Positions 19,071 to 28,186 of a stretch of 64,000 nt of DNA are shown piece after piece. The notes beneath the pieces are model-generated. The model made no database searches. It was given only the letters and a program-made list of their open reading frames with translations, and had not been told where the DNA came from. The translations under genes and the position numbers were made by a program. The first letter of the stretch is position 1. The number at the start of each line of letters is the position of its first letter. Origin of the DNA: Bacteroidota bacterium (GTDB lineage Bacteria; Bacteroidota; Bacteroidia; Flavobacteriales; Flavobacteriaceae); the NCBI GenBank assembly GCA_018335575.1, contig JAGXRT010000034.1:8040-72039 (forward strand). Reading direction: 5' to 3'.

Positions 19071-19227
19071 AATTGTATTTTTTATTTTAAATATAAGTAA
19101 AAATCATATAAAAATCGATTTTTTTATATCACTTAAATCTATAATTAATTAATACATGTTATATAACTCTTTGATGTATTAAATTTTAATTAAATTTAAA
19201 CTGCTGTTATTTCTAATTATAGTTGTT

Positions 19228-21549
19228 ATGAATTCTAGAACATCATCCGTAATTTTTGCTCTTATAATCTTAGTAGCTACTATTTTTTGGAGCTTTTATT
19301 CACTATTACCAAGGGTAATTGAAAATGAGGAAATTCCTTTAAACGATTTTTCAACTAAAAGAGCCTTGGTACATGTCAAAGAAATGTCTAAAAAACCGCA
19401 TTATGTTGGTTCGGCTGCTCATGCTAAAGTAAGGGCGTATGTAATAGAAGAATTACAAAAATTAGGTTTGACAGTTGAAATTCAGCAACAAAGTATTACC
19501 AATGTTAAATGGAGAGCTTCGGCTATTATTTATAATATTATTGCTCGAATTCCAGGTGAGAATCACTCAAATGCCTTAATGTTATTGAGCCATTACGATT
19601 CTAGTCCACATGCCTCCTTAGGTGCTAGTGATGCGGCAAGCGGAGTAGCAACTATTTTGGAAGGAGTTAGAGCTTACCTCGCCGAAGGAAATAAACCAAA
19701 AAACGATATTATTATTTTAATTTCTGATGCCGAAGAATTAGGATTGCTGGGCGCAAAAGCCTTTGTAAAATATCACAGATGGGCAAAAGATGTTAGGTTA
19801 GTGCTTAATTTTGAGGCCAGAGGAAGTGGCGGTCCTAGCTATATGCTGCTCGAAACCAATCAGGGAAATGAAAATTTTATAAAAGCGTTTTCTAATGCAA
19901 ATGCTCCGTTTCCAATCTCTAATTCAATTGCGTACAGTATTTACAAAACCTTACCAAATGATACCGATTTAACAGTTTTTAGAGAAGATGCTGATATTGA
20001 TGGATATAATTTTGCGTTTATTGATGATCATTTTGATTATCATACAGCACAAGATTCTTATGAACGATTGGATGTAAACACCTTGCAACATCAAGGTGCA
20101 TACTTAACATCAACCTTAGATTATTTTTCAAAAAACGACCTATCAAAACTTAAAAGTGAGCGCGATGCGATATTTTTCAATATTGCACCTTTTGGATTAA
20201 TTCACTATCCATTTTCATGGATAATTCCGTTATTATGTATTGCTTTTGTGCTGTTTTTAATACTCATAATTTATGGTTTTAAAACAAGTAAATTAACGAT
20301 TAAAAGTATCCTAAAAGGCTTTATTCCATTTTTTATTACGTTGGTATTTGTTGGCTTGTTCGCCGTTCTTGGTTGGAAGTTTTTGCAATATATATATCCG
20401 CAATACAACGATATGATAAATAAATTTACGTATAATGGTAGCTTATATATTATAGCATTCTCATTTATTTCAGTAGCTATATTTTTAATAATTTATAAGC
20501 GATATGAGAAAAAGGTATCTACAGAAAATTTAATAGTAGCGCCATTAATTATATGGGGAATAGTTGCTGCGCTTAGTTATTTTTATTTGATTGGAGCAAC
20601 CTATACTGTAGTTCCATTATTAGCGGCATTACTAAGTTTTGGACTTTTATTATTACCTAAAAAACAACTATTTCCTCTTTGGTTTCATGCTGCTTTAGCT
20701 TTTCCGTTATTAATGTTATTTATGCCTTTTGTATACATGCTGCCTGTAGCTTTGGGTTTGGAAATGATGGTTGCAAGTATGGTTTTGCTGGTACTTATTT
20801 TGTCTTTGTTAATTCCGGTTCTGATGCCATTAAATATAAAATGGATTAAATCAATGGTGGTTTTGATTGGTATAGTGGCACTCTTCAGCGCACATTTAAA
20901 CGCTAATTTTGATGAACACAATAAAAAACCAAATTCTTTAATTTATTTAATGAATATTGATGATAATACTGCATCATGGTTAAGTTTTGATACGCATTTA
21001 GATGACTTCACAGCGCAATATCTTACTCAAAATTCGACTGTTACTAATGAGAAACTTGCTTTTAAAAGCAAGTTTGGTTCTAGATTAAAATACGAGGAAA
21101 AAACTGCATTAATAGATTTGCCTTTACCTGATATTACCGTTTTATCAGATTCTTTAAATGATTATAAGCGTACCATAAAGCTGATGATAATTAGCAATCG
21201 AAACGCCAATAAAATTGAAATGATGGCTACAAATCCTTTGCACGTATATTCATTAACCATAAATGGTGATAAAATTGAGTCTAACAATAACAAACCATTA
21301 TTTCAATTAGACAAAAATACGCAACTAATGAGTTACTTTTTTACAGAAAATGAACCACTAATGGTTGAGATAGTTGTTCCGTCTTTTGAAGATATAAATA
21401 TGGCTGTTTACGAAAGTAAATTCGATTTGCTTACCAACGAGATGTTGAATGTCAATTCCAGAACAAATAATATGATGCCTAAACCTTATGTTACAAGCGA
21501 TGCCACTGTTATTGTTAAACAATTAAATTTTATAGTTAATGAACAGTAA
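19228..21549 (+). CDS. Polytopic membrane M28-family metallopeptidase (ERMP1/FXNA-like architecture)
   Basis: An N-terminal anchor is followed by an M28 core (LLSHYDS, GASDAASGVA, SDAEELGLLGAKAF). About 9 hydrophobic helices span roughly aa 320-560, and a C-terminal soluble domain of about 200 aa follows. Confidence 0.8.
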   Translation: MNSRTSSVIFALIILVATIFWSFYSLLPRVIENEEIPLNDFSTKRALVHVKEMSKKPHYVGSAAHAKVRAYVIEELQKLGLTVEIQQQSITNVKWRASAIIYNIIARIPGENHSNALMLLSHYDSSPHASLGASDAASGVATILEGVRAYLAEGNKPKNDIIILISDAEELGLLGAKAFVKYHRWAKDVRLVLNFEARGSGGPSYMLLETNQGNENFIKAFSNANAPFPISNSIAYSIYKTLPNDTDLTVFREDADIDGYNFAFIDDHFDYHTAQDSYERLDVNTLQHQGAYLTSTLDYFSKNDLSKLKSERDAIFFNIAPFGLIHYPFSWIIPLLCIAFVLFLILIIYGFKTSKLTIKSILKGFIPFFITLVFVGLFAVLGWKFLQYIYPQYNDMINKFTYNGSLYIIAFSFISVAIFLIIYKRYEKKVSTENLIVAPLIIWGIVAALSYFYLIGATYTVVPLLAALLSFGLLLLPKKQLFPLWFHAALAFPLLMLFMPFVYMLPVALGLEMMVASMVLLVLILSLLIPVLMPLNIKWIKSMVVLIGIVALFSAHLNANFDEHNKKPNSLIYLMNIDDNTASWLSFDTHLDDFTAQYLTQNSTVTNEKLAFKSKFGSRLKYEEKTALIDLPLPDITVLSDSLNDYKRTIKLMIISNRNANKIEMMATNPLHVYSLTINGDKIESNNNKPLFQLDKNTQLMSYFFTENEPLMVEIVVPSFEDINMAVYESKFDLLTNEMLNVNSRTNNMMPKPYVTSDATVIVKQLNFIVNEQ

Positions 21550-22636
21550 AATAGTATTTTTAAGTTTCTTTTTTGTTTTAGTACTCGGATGCGAAAAGAA
21601 ATTATCAACAGATGAAATAAATATAATTAAAAACGAAACACCTAAATTAGATGCCAAGAAAGCTGCGTATTTATACCACTTTGCATATGATTGTATTGAG
21701 CAAGAATATCCAAATAAATTAAATCAGGTAATTGGAGACAGCACCTATTTAAAATCACCAAAAGAATTACATCCGGCATTTTATGGTTGTTTTGATTGGC
21801 ATTCTTCGGTTCACGGGCATTGGACCTTGGTTACACTTATTAAAGAATTACCAAATTTTGAATATAACGAAGCGATATTGCTTAAACTGCAAAAAACTAT
21901 CACTAAAGAAAATATCACCAAAGAAATAAAGTATTTTGATGATATTCATAATAACACATACGAAAGAACGTATGGTTGGGCATGGGTGCTAAAACTATCA
22001 GAAACTTTGAAAGAATGGGATCATCCAAAAGCGAACGAATTTGATGAAAATCTCCAGCCTTTGGTTGATTTATTGATTGATAAATATATTGAGTTCTTAC
22101 CAAAGTTAACCTATCCAATTCGTGTTGGTGAACATCCCAATATAGCTTTCGGGATGTCTTTTGCTTTGGATTATGCCGTCAAATACCATCCAGAACTGGC
22201 GGTACTTATAAAACAACGTTCCATTGATTATTTTAAAAGTGATGTTAATTGTCCGCTTACATGGGAGCCCAATGGTTTTGACTTCTTTTCACCATGCTTA
22301 CAAGAGGCTGTATTAATGATGAAGGTATTGCCGAAAGAAGCGTTTATACAATGGTTTGATACTTTTATGCCTGGGTTTAGAAAAAATCCGTCTAATTTTA
22401 TTCAGATTGCCATTGTTTCTGATCGCAGTGACGGAAAATTAGCACATTTAGACGGTTTAAACTTTAGCAGAGCCTGGTGCTTATACGAGCTGGGATTGTA
22501 TTTAAATAATTATAAAATGATTGATTTGGCCAATAAACACTTTGATGCCAGTTACTCAAAAATGGATTCGGGCGAATATGCAGGAGCGCATTGGTTAGCT
22601 TCATTTGCATTATACGCCATTCAGAGTTCGAAATAA
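21539..22636 (+). CDS. DUF2891-like lipoprotein
   Basis: Lipoprotein signal (FFVLVLGC). The motif FYGCFDWHSSVHGHW recalls the DUF2891 family. It overlaps the M28 gene by 11 nt. Confidence 0.65.
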   Translation: MNSKIVFLSFFFVLVLGCEKKLSTDEINIIKNETPKLDAKKAAYLYHFAYDCIEQEYPNKLNQVIGDSTYLKSPKELHPAFYGCFDWHSSVHGHWTLVTLIKELPNFEYNEAILLKLQKTITKENITKEIKYFDDIHNNTYERTYGWAWVLKLSETLKEWDHPKANEFDENLQPLVDLLIDKYIEFLPKLTYPIRVGEHPNIAFGMSFALDYAVKYHPELAVLIKQRSIDYFKSDVNCPLTWEPNGFDFFSPCLQEAVLMMKVLPKEAFIQWFDTFMPGFRKNPSNFIQIAIVSDRSDGKLAHLDGLNFSRAWCLYELGLYLNNYKMIDLANKHFDASYSKMDSGEYAGAHWLASFALYAIQSSK

Positions 22637-22665
22637 AAAAGGGAGGTTTAACCTCCCTTTTTTAT
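22634..22665. terminator. Bidirectional rho-independent terminator (DUF2891 gene / pyk)
   Basis: The sequence AAAAAAGGGAGGTTTAACCTCCCTTTTTT forms a GGGAGG/CCTCCC stem flanked by A and T runs. Confidence 0.8.
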
Positions 22666-22666
22666 T

Positions 22667-24094
22667 TTATTCAATTTCTGAAACCCTAATGGTATTTGCC
22701 ATTCCTTTGGCTTCAACCGGCATAGAAGTAATACTGATAATATGATCTCCTTTTTTAACATAACCAGAATTTTTAACCATAGTGTTAATTTCTGCAATAG
22801 TTTCATCGGTGCTCACTAAATTATCGTAATAATAAGCTTTTACGCCCCAAAGCAAACTAAGTCTGTTTACGATTCTTTTGTTATCAGTAAAAGCTATAAT
22901 ATTTACATTTGGGCGCCATGCCGAAAGTTGAAATGCCGTATATCCACTGTTGGTAAAGGTGGTAATTACTTTCGCATCAAGGTCGCTTGCCATTAATGCT
23001 GCCTGATGGCAAATGGCTTTAGAAATAAAGCGTTTTGTTTTAATGTATTTCAAGTATTGGGGAACTTTGATAATAGGTGAATGTTCAACAGTTTTGATAA
23101 TATTGGTCATATGTTGAATTACTTTTATAGGATGTTCTCCAACGGATGTTTCTCCTGATAACATAACTGCATCGGCGCCATCAATAATAGAGTTTGCCAC
23201 ATCATTTACTTCTGCTCTTGTTGGCACCTGATTGGTAATCATGGTTTCCATCATTTGCGTTGCGATAATAACCGGGATTCTGGCTTCTTTTGCTTTTAAA
23301 ACAAGTTTTTTCTGAATTAACGGAACTTTTTCCATTGGCATTTCTACACCTAAATCGCCACGGGCAACCATTAGTCCATCACATTTTGAAATTAATTTAT
23401 CAATATTTTTAACAGCTTCTGGTTTTTCAATTTTTGCAATAACTGGAATTTTACAATCAGAATACTCAGCAATTAAATTGTGAAGATCTTTTAAATCTTG
23501 CTTAGTTCTAACAAAAGAAAGTGCAAACCAATCTACCTGCTGACTAATGGCAAAAATCGCATCTTTTTTATCTTTTTCAGTTAGTGCCGGAAGTGATACT
23601 TTGGTATTTGGCAGGTTTACTCCTTTTTTTGATTTTAATGGACCACCAACCAATACTTTTGTCACCACTTCATCAATTAAATTACTGCTTACGACTTTAA
23701 ATTGGAGTTTGCCGTCATCAACCAAAATGGTTTCTCCTACTTTTACATCTTTTGGAAATGCTTGATAGGTCATAAAAGCTTTTTCATGATCACCTTCACA
23801 TTCGTTGGTGGTAAAAGTAAATGTAGCGCCTGCTTTAAGTATTACCTCATCTTTCATTACGCCAACGCGTAATTTAGGTCCTTGTAAATCGGCTAAAATA
23901 GCTGTTGTAAATCCAAATTCACTGTTTAGTTCTCGTATAAATCGTATTCTTCTTTTTACTTCTTCATAGTCTGCATGTGAAAAATTAACTCGAAACACAT
24001 TAACTCCGGCTTCCATCATTGCTTTCATGACATGTTTTTCATCGCAGGCAGGCCCAAGTGTTGCAACAATTTTAGTTTTTTTATTTGTAGGCAT
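22667..24094 (-). CDS. pyk: Pyruvate kinase
   Basis: KIVATLGPA, FRVNFSH, the signature region IPVIAKIEKPEAV...MVARGDLGVE, and TQMMETM. Confidence 0.95.
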   Translation of the reverse strand: MPTNKKTKIVATLGPACDEKHVMKAMMEAGVNVFRVNFSHADYEEVKRRIRFIRELNSEFGFTTAILADLQGPKLRVGVMKDEVILKAGATFTFTTNECEGDHEKAFMTYQAFPKDVKVGETILVDDGKLQFKVVSSNLIDEVVTKVLVGGPLKSKKGVNLPNTKVSLPALTEKDKKDAIFAISQQVDWFALSFVRTKQDLKDLHNLIAEYSDCKIPVIAKIEKPEAVKNIDKLISKCDGLMVARGDLGVEMPMEKVPLIQKKLVLKAKEARIPVIIATQMMETMITNQVPTRAEVNDVANSIIDGADAVMLSGETSVGEHPIKVIQHMTNIIKTVEHSPIIKVPQYLKYIKTKRFISKAICHQAALMASDLDAKVITTFTNSGYTAFQLSAWRPNVNIIAFTDNKRIVNRLSLLWGVKAYYYDNLVSTDETIAEINTMVKNSGYVKKGDHIISITSMPVEAKGMANTIRVSEIE

Positions 24095-24097
24095 AGT

Positions 24098-24583
24098 TTA
24101 GAATATTAAAAAATCAATTGATTTAAGCTCATCAGGGTTTATCTTAAAAACTGCTTCAACTTGTTGAATTGATTTTATTGTTGTTATTAGGTTTTGATAA
24201 TAATCGGCTTCAATTCCGCCAGATATTTTTATAAAATAATCTATTTTTTTTTGTTCAGGTATTAAGTAGTTAGTAGTTTCAACTTTGTAATTGGTTGCAC
24301 TAAATAGGTTTGAAGGCTGATTAACAACCTCTGTTTTAATATATTTATTAGCTATCAAATACCAATCGTTAAAATAGTGAAGATTTTTATAGCTATATAT
24401 AGAAAATGAATGCTTGGTAGCTTTTATTTCAATTTCTAAATCTGTTTCTTCACGTTTAAAATTAGTGTTGAGATTTTTATTTAAAAAATATGCCAAACGA
24501 TAGTCTTCTATTGAACAAGTAATTCCTATTAAAGAAAAATCAATGTCAATAAAATCGCTCATTTCTAAGTTATACTTAGGCAT
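24098..24583 (-). CDS. IPExxxVDY-family protein, function unknown
   Basis: Contains LIPEQKKIDYFIK, the IPExxx(V/I)DY signature, and an N-terminal FSLIGI...DYRLAYFLN segment. ATG 24583 is preferred, and the ORF-track TTG 24610 is possible. Confidence 0.65.
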   Translation of the reverse strand: MPKYNLEMSDFIDIDFSLIGITCSIEDYRLAYFLNKNLNTNFKREETDLEIEIKATKHSFSIYSYKNLHYFNDWYLIANKYIKTEVVNQPSNLFSATNYKVETTNYLIPEQKKIDYFIKISGGIEADYYQNLITTIKSIQQVEAVFKINPDELKSIDFLIF

Positions 24584-24681
24584 ATTTACATTTCTATTTA
24601 TCGATAACAAAATTAAGAATAGTTTAGCGAACTAAGATGTAAAATATACGAAAACGTTTTAGATAAATGTCCTGATTTTGA

Positions 24682-25413
24682 CTAACCTATTTTGTTTTGA
24701 AGCACGTAATAAGCTCTTTTAGCAGCCATTTCTTCTGCTTTTTTCTTAGATGTAGCACGACCTTTAGCGACTTGTTTAGAGTCTATAAGTAAACGCACAC
24801 TAAATTGTTTTATTTTATCATTTCCAGAATCTTCATAAATCTCAAAATGAAATTCTTTTTTTTGTTTTTGACACCATTCTATTATTAAACTTTTGTAGCT
24901 AGACACCTTGCCTTCGAGTTTAGAAATATCGACATACGGTATAATAACACGTGTATGAATAAATTTTTCAATTCCATCATAACCCCTGTCTAAGAATATG
25001 GCTCCAAGTAAAGCCTCAAAAACATTGCCGTGTATATTGTCTCCAAATTTATCAACACTAACATTGCTTTTTACAAATCTAATCAGATTTAAATCCATAC
25101 CCAACTCATTTAAGTGATGTCGACTCACTATTTTTGAGCGCATTTGGGTTAAGTAACCTTCATTGGCTGTAGGGACTTTGTTAAAGAGATAGGTTGCAAT
25201 TACAGCATTTAACATAGCATCACCTAAAAATTCTAGACGTTCATAGTTTAGAGGTATTCCTTTTTCATCCACAGCTTTGACAGAACTGTGAATAAAAGCT
25301 TTTTTGTAATAAAACAAGTTCTTAGGCTTAAATCCCAGAATTTTTTTAAGCTCTTTCTCTAGATTTTTTTCTAAAGGGGATTTAGATTCAATAAACTTTC
25401 GAATGATGTTCAT
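24682..25413 (-). CDS. rnc: Ribonuclease III
   Basis: RNase III signature ERLEFLGDA plus a C-terminal dsRBD (GRATSKKKAEEMAAKRA). Confidence 0.95.
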   Translation of the reverse strand: MNIIRKFIESKSPLEKNLEKELKKILGFKPKNLFYYKKAFIHSSVKAVDEKGIPLNYERLEFLGDAMLNAVIATYLFNKVPTANEGYLTQMRSKIVSRHHLNELGMDLNLIRFVKSNVSVDKFGDNIHGNVFEALLGAIFLDRGYDGIEKFIHTRVIIPYVDISKLEGKVSSYKSLIIEWCQKQKKEFHFEIYEDSGNDKIKQFSVRLLIDSKQVAKGRATSKKKAEEMAAKRAYYVLQNKIG

Positions 25414-25426
25414 TCTGTAAATAGAT

Positions 25427-26680
25427 TTATAGATCTATTTTTTTAAATAATAAACAAGCATTATGACCTCCAAAACCAAATGTGTTACTCATAGCTACTT
25501 TAACTTCTCTATGCTGAGCTTTGTTAAAAGTAAAATTTAATTTTGGGTCTATTTGCTCATCTGGTGTTGAAAAGTTAATAGTTGGTGGTACTATGCTGTA
25601 TTTCATTGCTAAAATCGATGCTATGGCTTCAACTGCACCAGCTGCTCCTAACAGATGCCCAGTCATTGATTTAGTTGAATTGATGTTGATATTATATGCA
25701 TGAGCTCCAAAAACATCTTTCACAGCTTTAGATTCTGCAACATCTCCAAGTGGAGTGGATGTACCGTGCATATTAATTGCATCTACTTCTTCTGGTGCTA
25801 TTTTTGCATCTTTTAAACAATTGAGCATTACATTTTTTGCGCCTAAGCCCTCTGGGTGTGGTGCGGTAATATGATGTGCATCGGCACTTAAACCGCCTCC
25901 TATTACTTCAGCGTAAATAGTTGCACCTCGTTTAACAGCATGATCGTAATCTTCTAAAATCAGAGCGCCTGCACCTTCGCCCATAACAAAACCGTCACGA
26001 TTTTTATCAAATGGTCTGGATGCTGATGCGGGGTCTTCATTTCGAGTGGATAAGGCATGTAAAGAGTTGAAACCTCCCATACCGGCTTCTGTTATTGCAG
26101 CTTCTGAACCTCCAGTTACAATAATATCAGCGTATCCTAATCGGATGTAATTTAAAGCGTCGATAATTGCGTTGGATGACGAAGCACAAGCAGAAACAGT
26201 AGTGAAGTTTAAACCTCTAAAACCGTATTTAATTGAGATATAACCAGGGGCAATATCCGCAATAAGTTTTGGAATAAAAAATGGATTGAAACGTGGAGTG
26301 TGTCCGCCTTTGCAAAAATCAATCATTTCATTTTGAAAAGTCTCGATACCGCCAATTCCGGCGCCCCAAATAACTCCTACGCGGTCTTTGTCTAATTTAT
26401 CGATTTCTAATTTTGCATCAGTTATTGCTTCATCGGCAACAACCATGGCATATTGAGTAAATCGGTCCATTTTACGAGCTTCTTTACGATCAATAAAGTC
26501 TTCAACTTTAAAGTTTTTTAACTCGCAGGCAAAGGTGGTTTTGTGTTTGGAAATATCAAAATAAGTGATTGGAGCAGCGCCACTAATTCCATTAGTGAGG
26601 CCGCTCCAATATGCTGATACGTTATTTCCAATCGGAGTTAAAGCTCCAAGTCCAGTAACTACAACTCGTTTTAACTCCAT
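25427..26680 (-). CDS. fabF: Beta-ketoacyl-ACP synthase II
   Basis: RVVVTGLG, active-site Cys context VSACASS, HGTSTPLGD, and GHLLGAAG. It sits immediately downstream of acpP. Confidence 0.95.
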   Translation of the reverse strand: MELKRVVVTGLGALTPIGNNVSAYWSGLTNGISGAAPITYFDISKHKTTFACELKNFKVEDFIDRKEARKMDRFTQYAMVVADEAITDAKLEIDKLDKDRVGVIWGAGIGGIETFQNEMIDFCKGGHTPRFNPFFIPKLIADIAPGYISIKYGFRGLNFTTVSACASSSNAIIDALNYIRLGYADIIVTGGSEAAITEAGMGGFNSLHALSTRNEDPASASRPFDKNRDGFVMGEGAGALILEDYDHAVKRGATIYAEVIGGGLSADAHHITAPHPEGLGAKNVMLNCLKDAKIAPEEVDAINMHGTSTPLGDVAESKAVKDVFGAHAYNININSTKSMTGHLLGAAGAVEAIASILAMKYSIVPPTINFSTPDEQIDPKLNFTFNKAQHREVKVAMSNTFGFGGHNACLLFKKIDL

Positions 26681-26687
26681 AATGAAA

Positions 26688-26924
26688 TTACTTTTTAGCG
26701 TCTTCTATATAACTAATCGCTTGACCTACTGTGCTGATGTTTTCTGCTTGGTCGTCTGGAATTTGAATATCAAATTCTTTTTCGAATTCCATAATCAACT
26801 CAACAGTGTCAAGTGAATCTGCTCCTAAATCGTTAGTGAAGCTTGCTTCTAATGTAACTTCATTCTCGTCAACGCCTAATTTATCAACGATAATGGCTTT
26901 TACTCTTGATGCAATGTCTGACAT
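26688..26924 (-). CDS. acpP: Acyl carrier protein
   Basis: 78 aa with the phosphopantetheine attachment motif [11 protein letters not shown]. Confidence 0.95.
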   Translation of the reverse strand: MSDIASRVKAIIVDKLGVDENEVTLEASFTNDLGADSLDTVELIMEFEKEFDIQIPDDQAENISTVGQAISYIEDAKK

Positions 26925-26955
26925 AATTTTCTATTTTATTGTTGTTAATACTCGG

Positions 26956-26963
26956 CAAAAGTA
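26956..26963 (-). promoter_or_regulatory. Bacteroidota-type -7 box (TACTTTTG on minus strand) for acpP-fabF-rnc
   Basis: CAAAAGTA on the plus strand equals TAnnTTTG on the minus strand, 32 nt upstream of the acpP ATG. Confidence 0.4.
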
Positions 26964-27113
26964 AAAAACTTATTTTAAAATGATGCGTACAATATTAAAA
27001 AAGTGTTTTCACAAGTTACGAAAAATAGATTTTAAGCTCAAGAAAAGTTTTAAAAAAGTATTTGAAGATGGGCTAATTTAGTTAATTTGCAATTATTACA
27101 AAGGAAAGATAAT

Positions 27114-27686
27114 TTGAAACGTATAGCCATTTTTGCATCGGGTAGCGGCACAAACGCTGAAAATATAATGAGGTATTTTGAAGATTCTGATAAAATATCG
27201 GTTGAAATACTCTGCACTAATAATAAAAATGCCAAAGCAATAGACCGTGCTTTAAATTTTAAAGTACCTGTAAAAATATTTACTAAAGAAGAGTTAAACG
27301 AGAATTCTGATTTTATAGAATATTTATCAAAAAAAGTTGATTATATTATTTTAGCCGGATTTTTATGGTTAATTCCAAAGCAATTCATTAAAAAATTTCC
27401 CAATAAAATAATAAATATTCACCCTGCGTTATTGCCTAAGTACGGTGGAAAAGGTATGTACGGAATGCATGTACACGAAGCTGTTGTTAAAAACAAAGAA
27501 AAAGAAACCGGAATAACCATTCATTTTGTAGACGAAAAATACGATGAAGGCGCTATTATCTTTCAGCATTCGGTAACAATTTTCGAAACAGATTCACCAG
27601 AAGATGTTGCTAGTAAAATTCATCAATTAGAATATGAATATTTTCCTAAAATAATTGAATCGGTTATACTTCAAGATGTCAAATAA
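27114..27686 (+). CDS. purN: Phosphoribosylglycinamide formyltransferase
   Basis: KRIAIFASGSGTNAE and NIHPALLPKYGGKGMYG. No ATG is available, so the start is TTG 27114 (or the ORF-track TTG 27087). Confidence 0.88.
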   Translation: MKRIAIFASGSGTNAENIMRYFEDSDKISVEILCTNNKNAKAIDRALNFKVPVKIFTKEELNENSDFIEYLSKKVDYIILAGFLWLIPKQFIKKFPNKIINIHPALLPKYGGKGMYGMHVHEAVVKNKEKETGITIHFVDEKYDEGAIIFQHSVTIFETDSPEDVASKIHQLEYEYFPKIIESVILQDVK

Positions 27687-28155
27687 AGTTCATATTTATA
27701 CCGATGGTGCTTGTAGCGGTAATCCTGGTAAAGGAGGTTACGGCATTGTTATGGAGTGGGTAGGTAGGCCTTATAAGAAAGAATTTTCTGAGGGTTATAG
27801 ACTAACTACAAATAACAGAATGGAGTTATTGGCGGTTATAGTTGCTTTAGAAAATTTAAAAACAACAGATGTTGAGGTAACTGTTTTTTCAGATTCTAAA
27901 TATGTAGTAGAAGCTGTTGAAAAGAAATGGGTTTTTAGTTGGGAATTAAAAGGATTTAAAGGAAAGAAAAACCCAGATTTGTGGAAACGGTTTTTAGCTG
28001 TTTACCGCAATCATACTATAAAATTTGAATGGGTTAAAGGACATAATAATCATATGCAAAATGAACGATGTGATAAACTGGCAGTAAAAGCATCTCAAAA
28101 AGAAAATTTAAAAGTTGATACTGCGTTTGAATCGAAACCTACCGAATTATTTTAA
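27676..28155 (+). CDS. rnhA: Ribonuclease HI
   Basis: IYTDGACSGNPG, NNRMELLA, SDSKYV, and KGHNNHMQNERCDKLA. ATG 27676 overlaps the purN stop by 11 nt. Confidence 0.92.
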   Translation: MSNKVHIYTDGACSGNPGKGGYGIVMEWVGRPYKKEFSEGYRLTTNNRMELLAVIVALENLKTTDVEVTVFSDSKYVVEAVEKKWVFSWELKGFKGKKNPDLWKRFLAVYRNHTIKFEWVKGHNNHMQNERCDKLAVKASQKENLKVDTAFESKPTELF

Positions 28156-28156
28156 A

Positions 28157-28184
28157 TAAAAAAGCGCCCTTGGGCGCTTTTTGT
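28157..28184. terminator. Bidirectional rho-independent terminator (rnhA / M43 protease)
   Basis: AAAAAGCGCCCTTGGGCGCTTTTT forms a GC-rich stem with flanking A/T runs. Confidence 0.8.
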
Positions 28185-28186
28185 GT

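Noticed and set aside
25405-25427. Near-match TTCATTCTGTAAATAG to the recurring motif at the rnc start / fabF stop junction
   Set aside because: It contains a 2-nt insertion relative to the motif, lacks the palindromic left half, and overlaps the rnc start codon. It is most likely chance.
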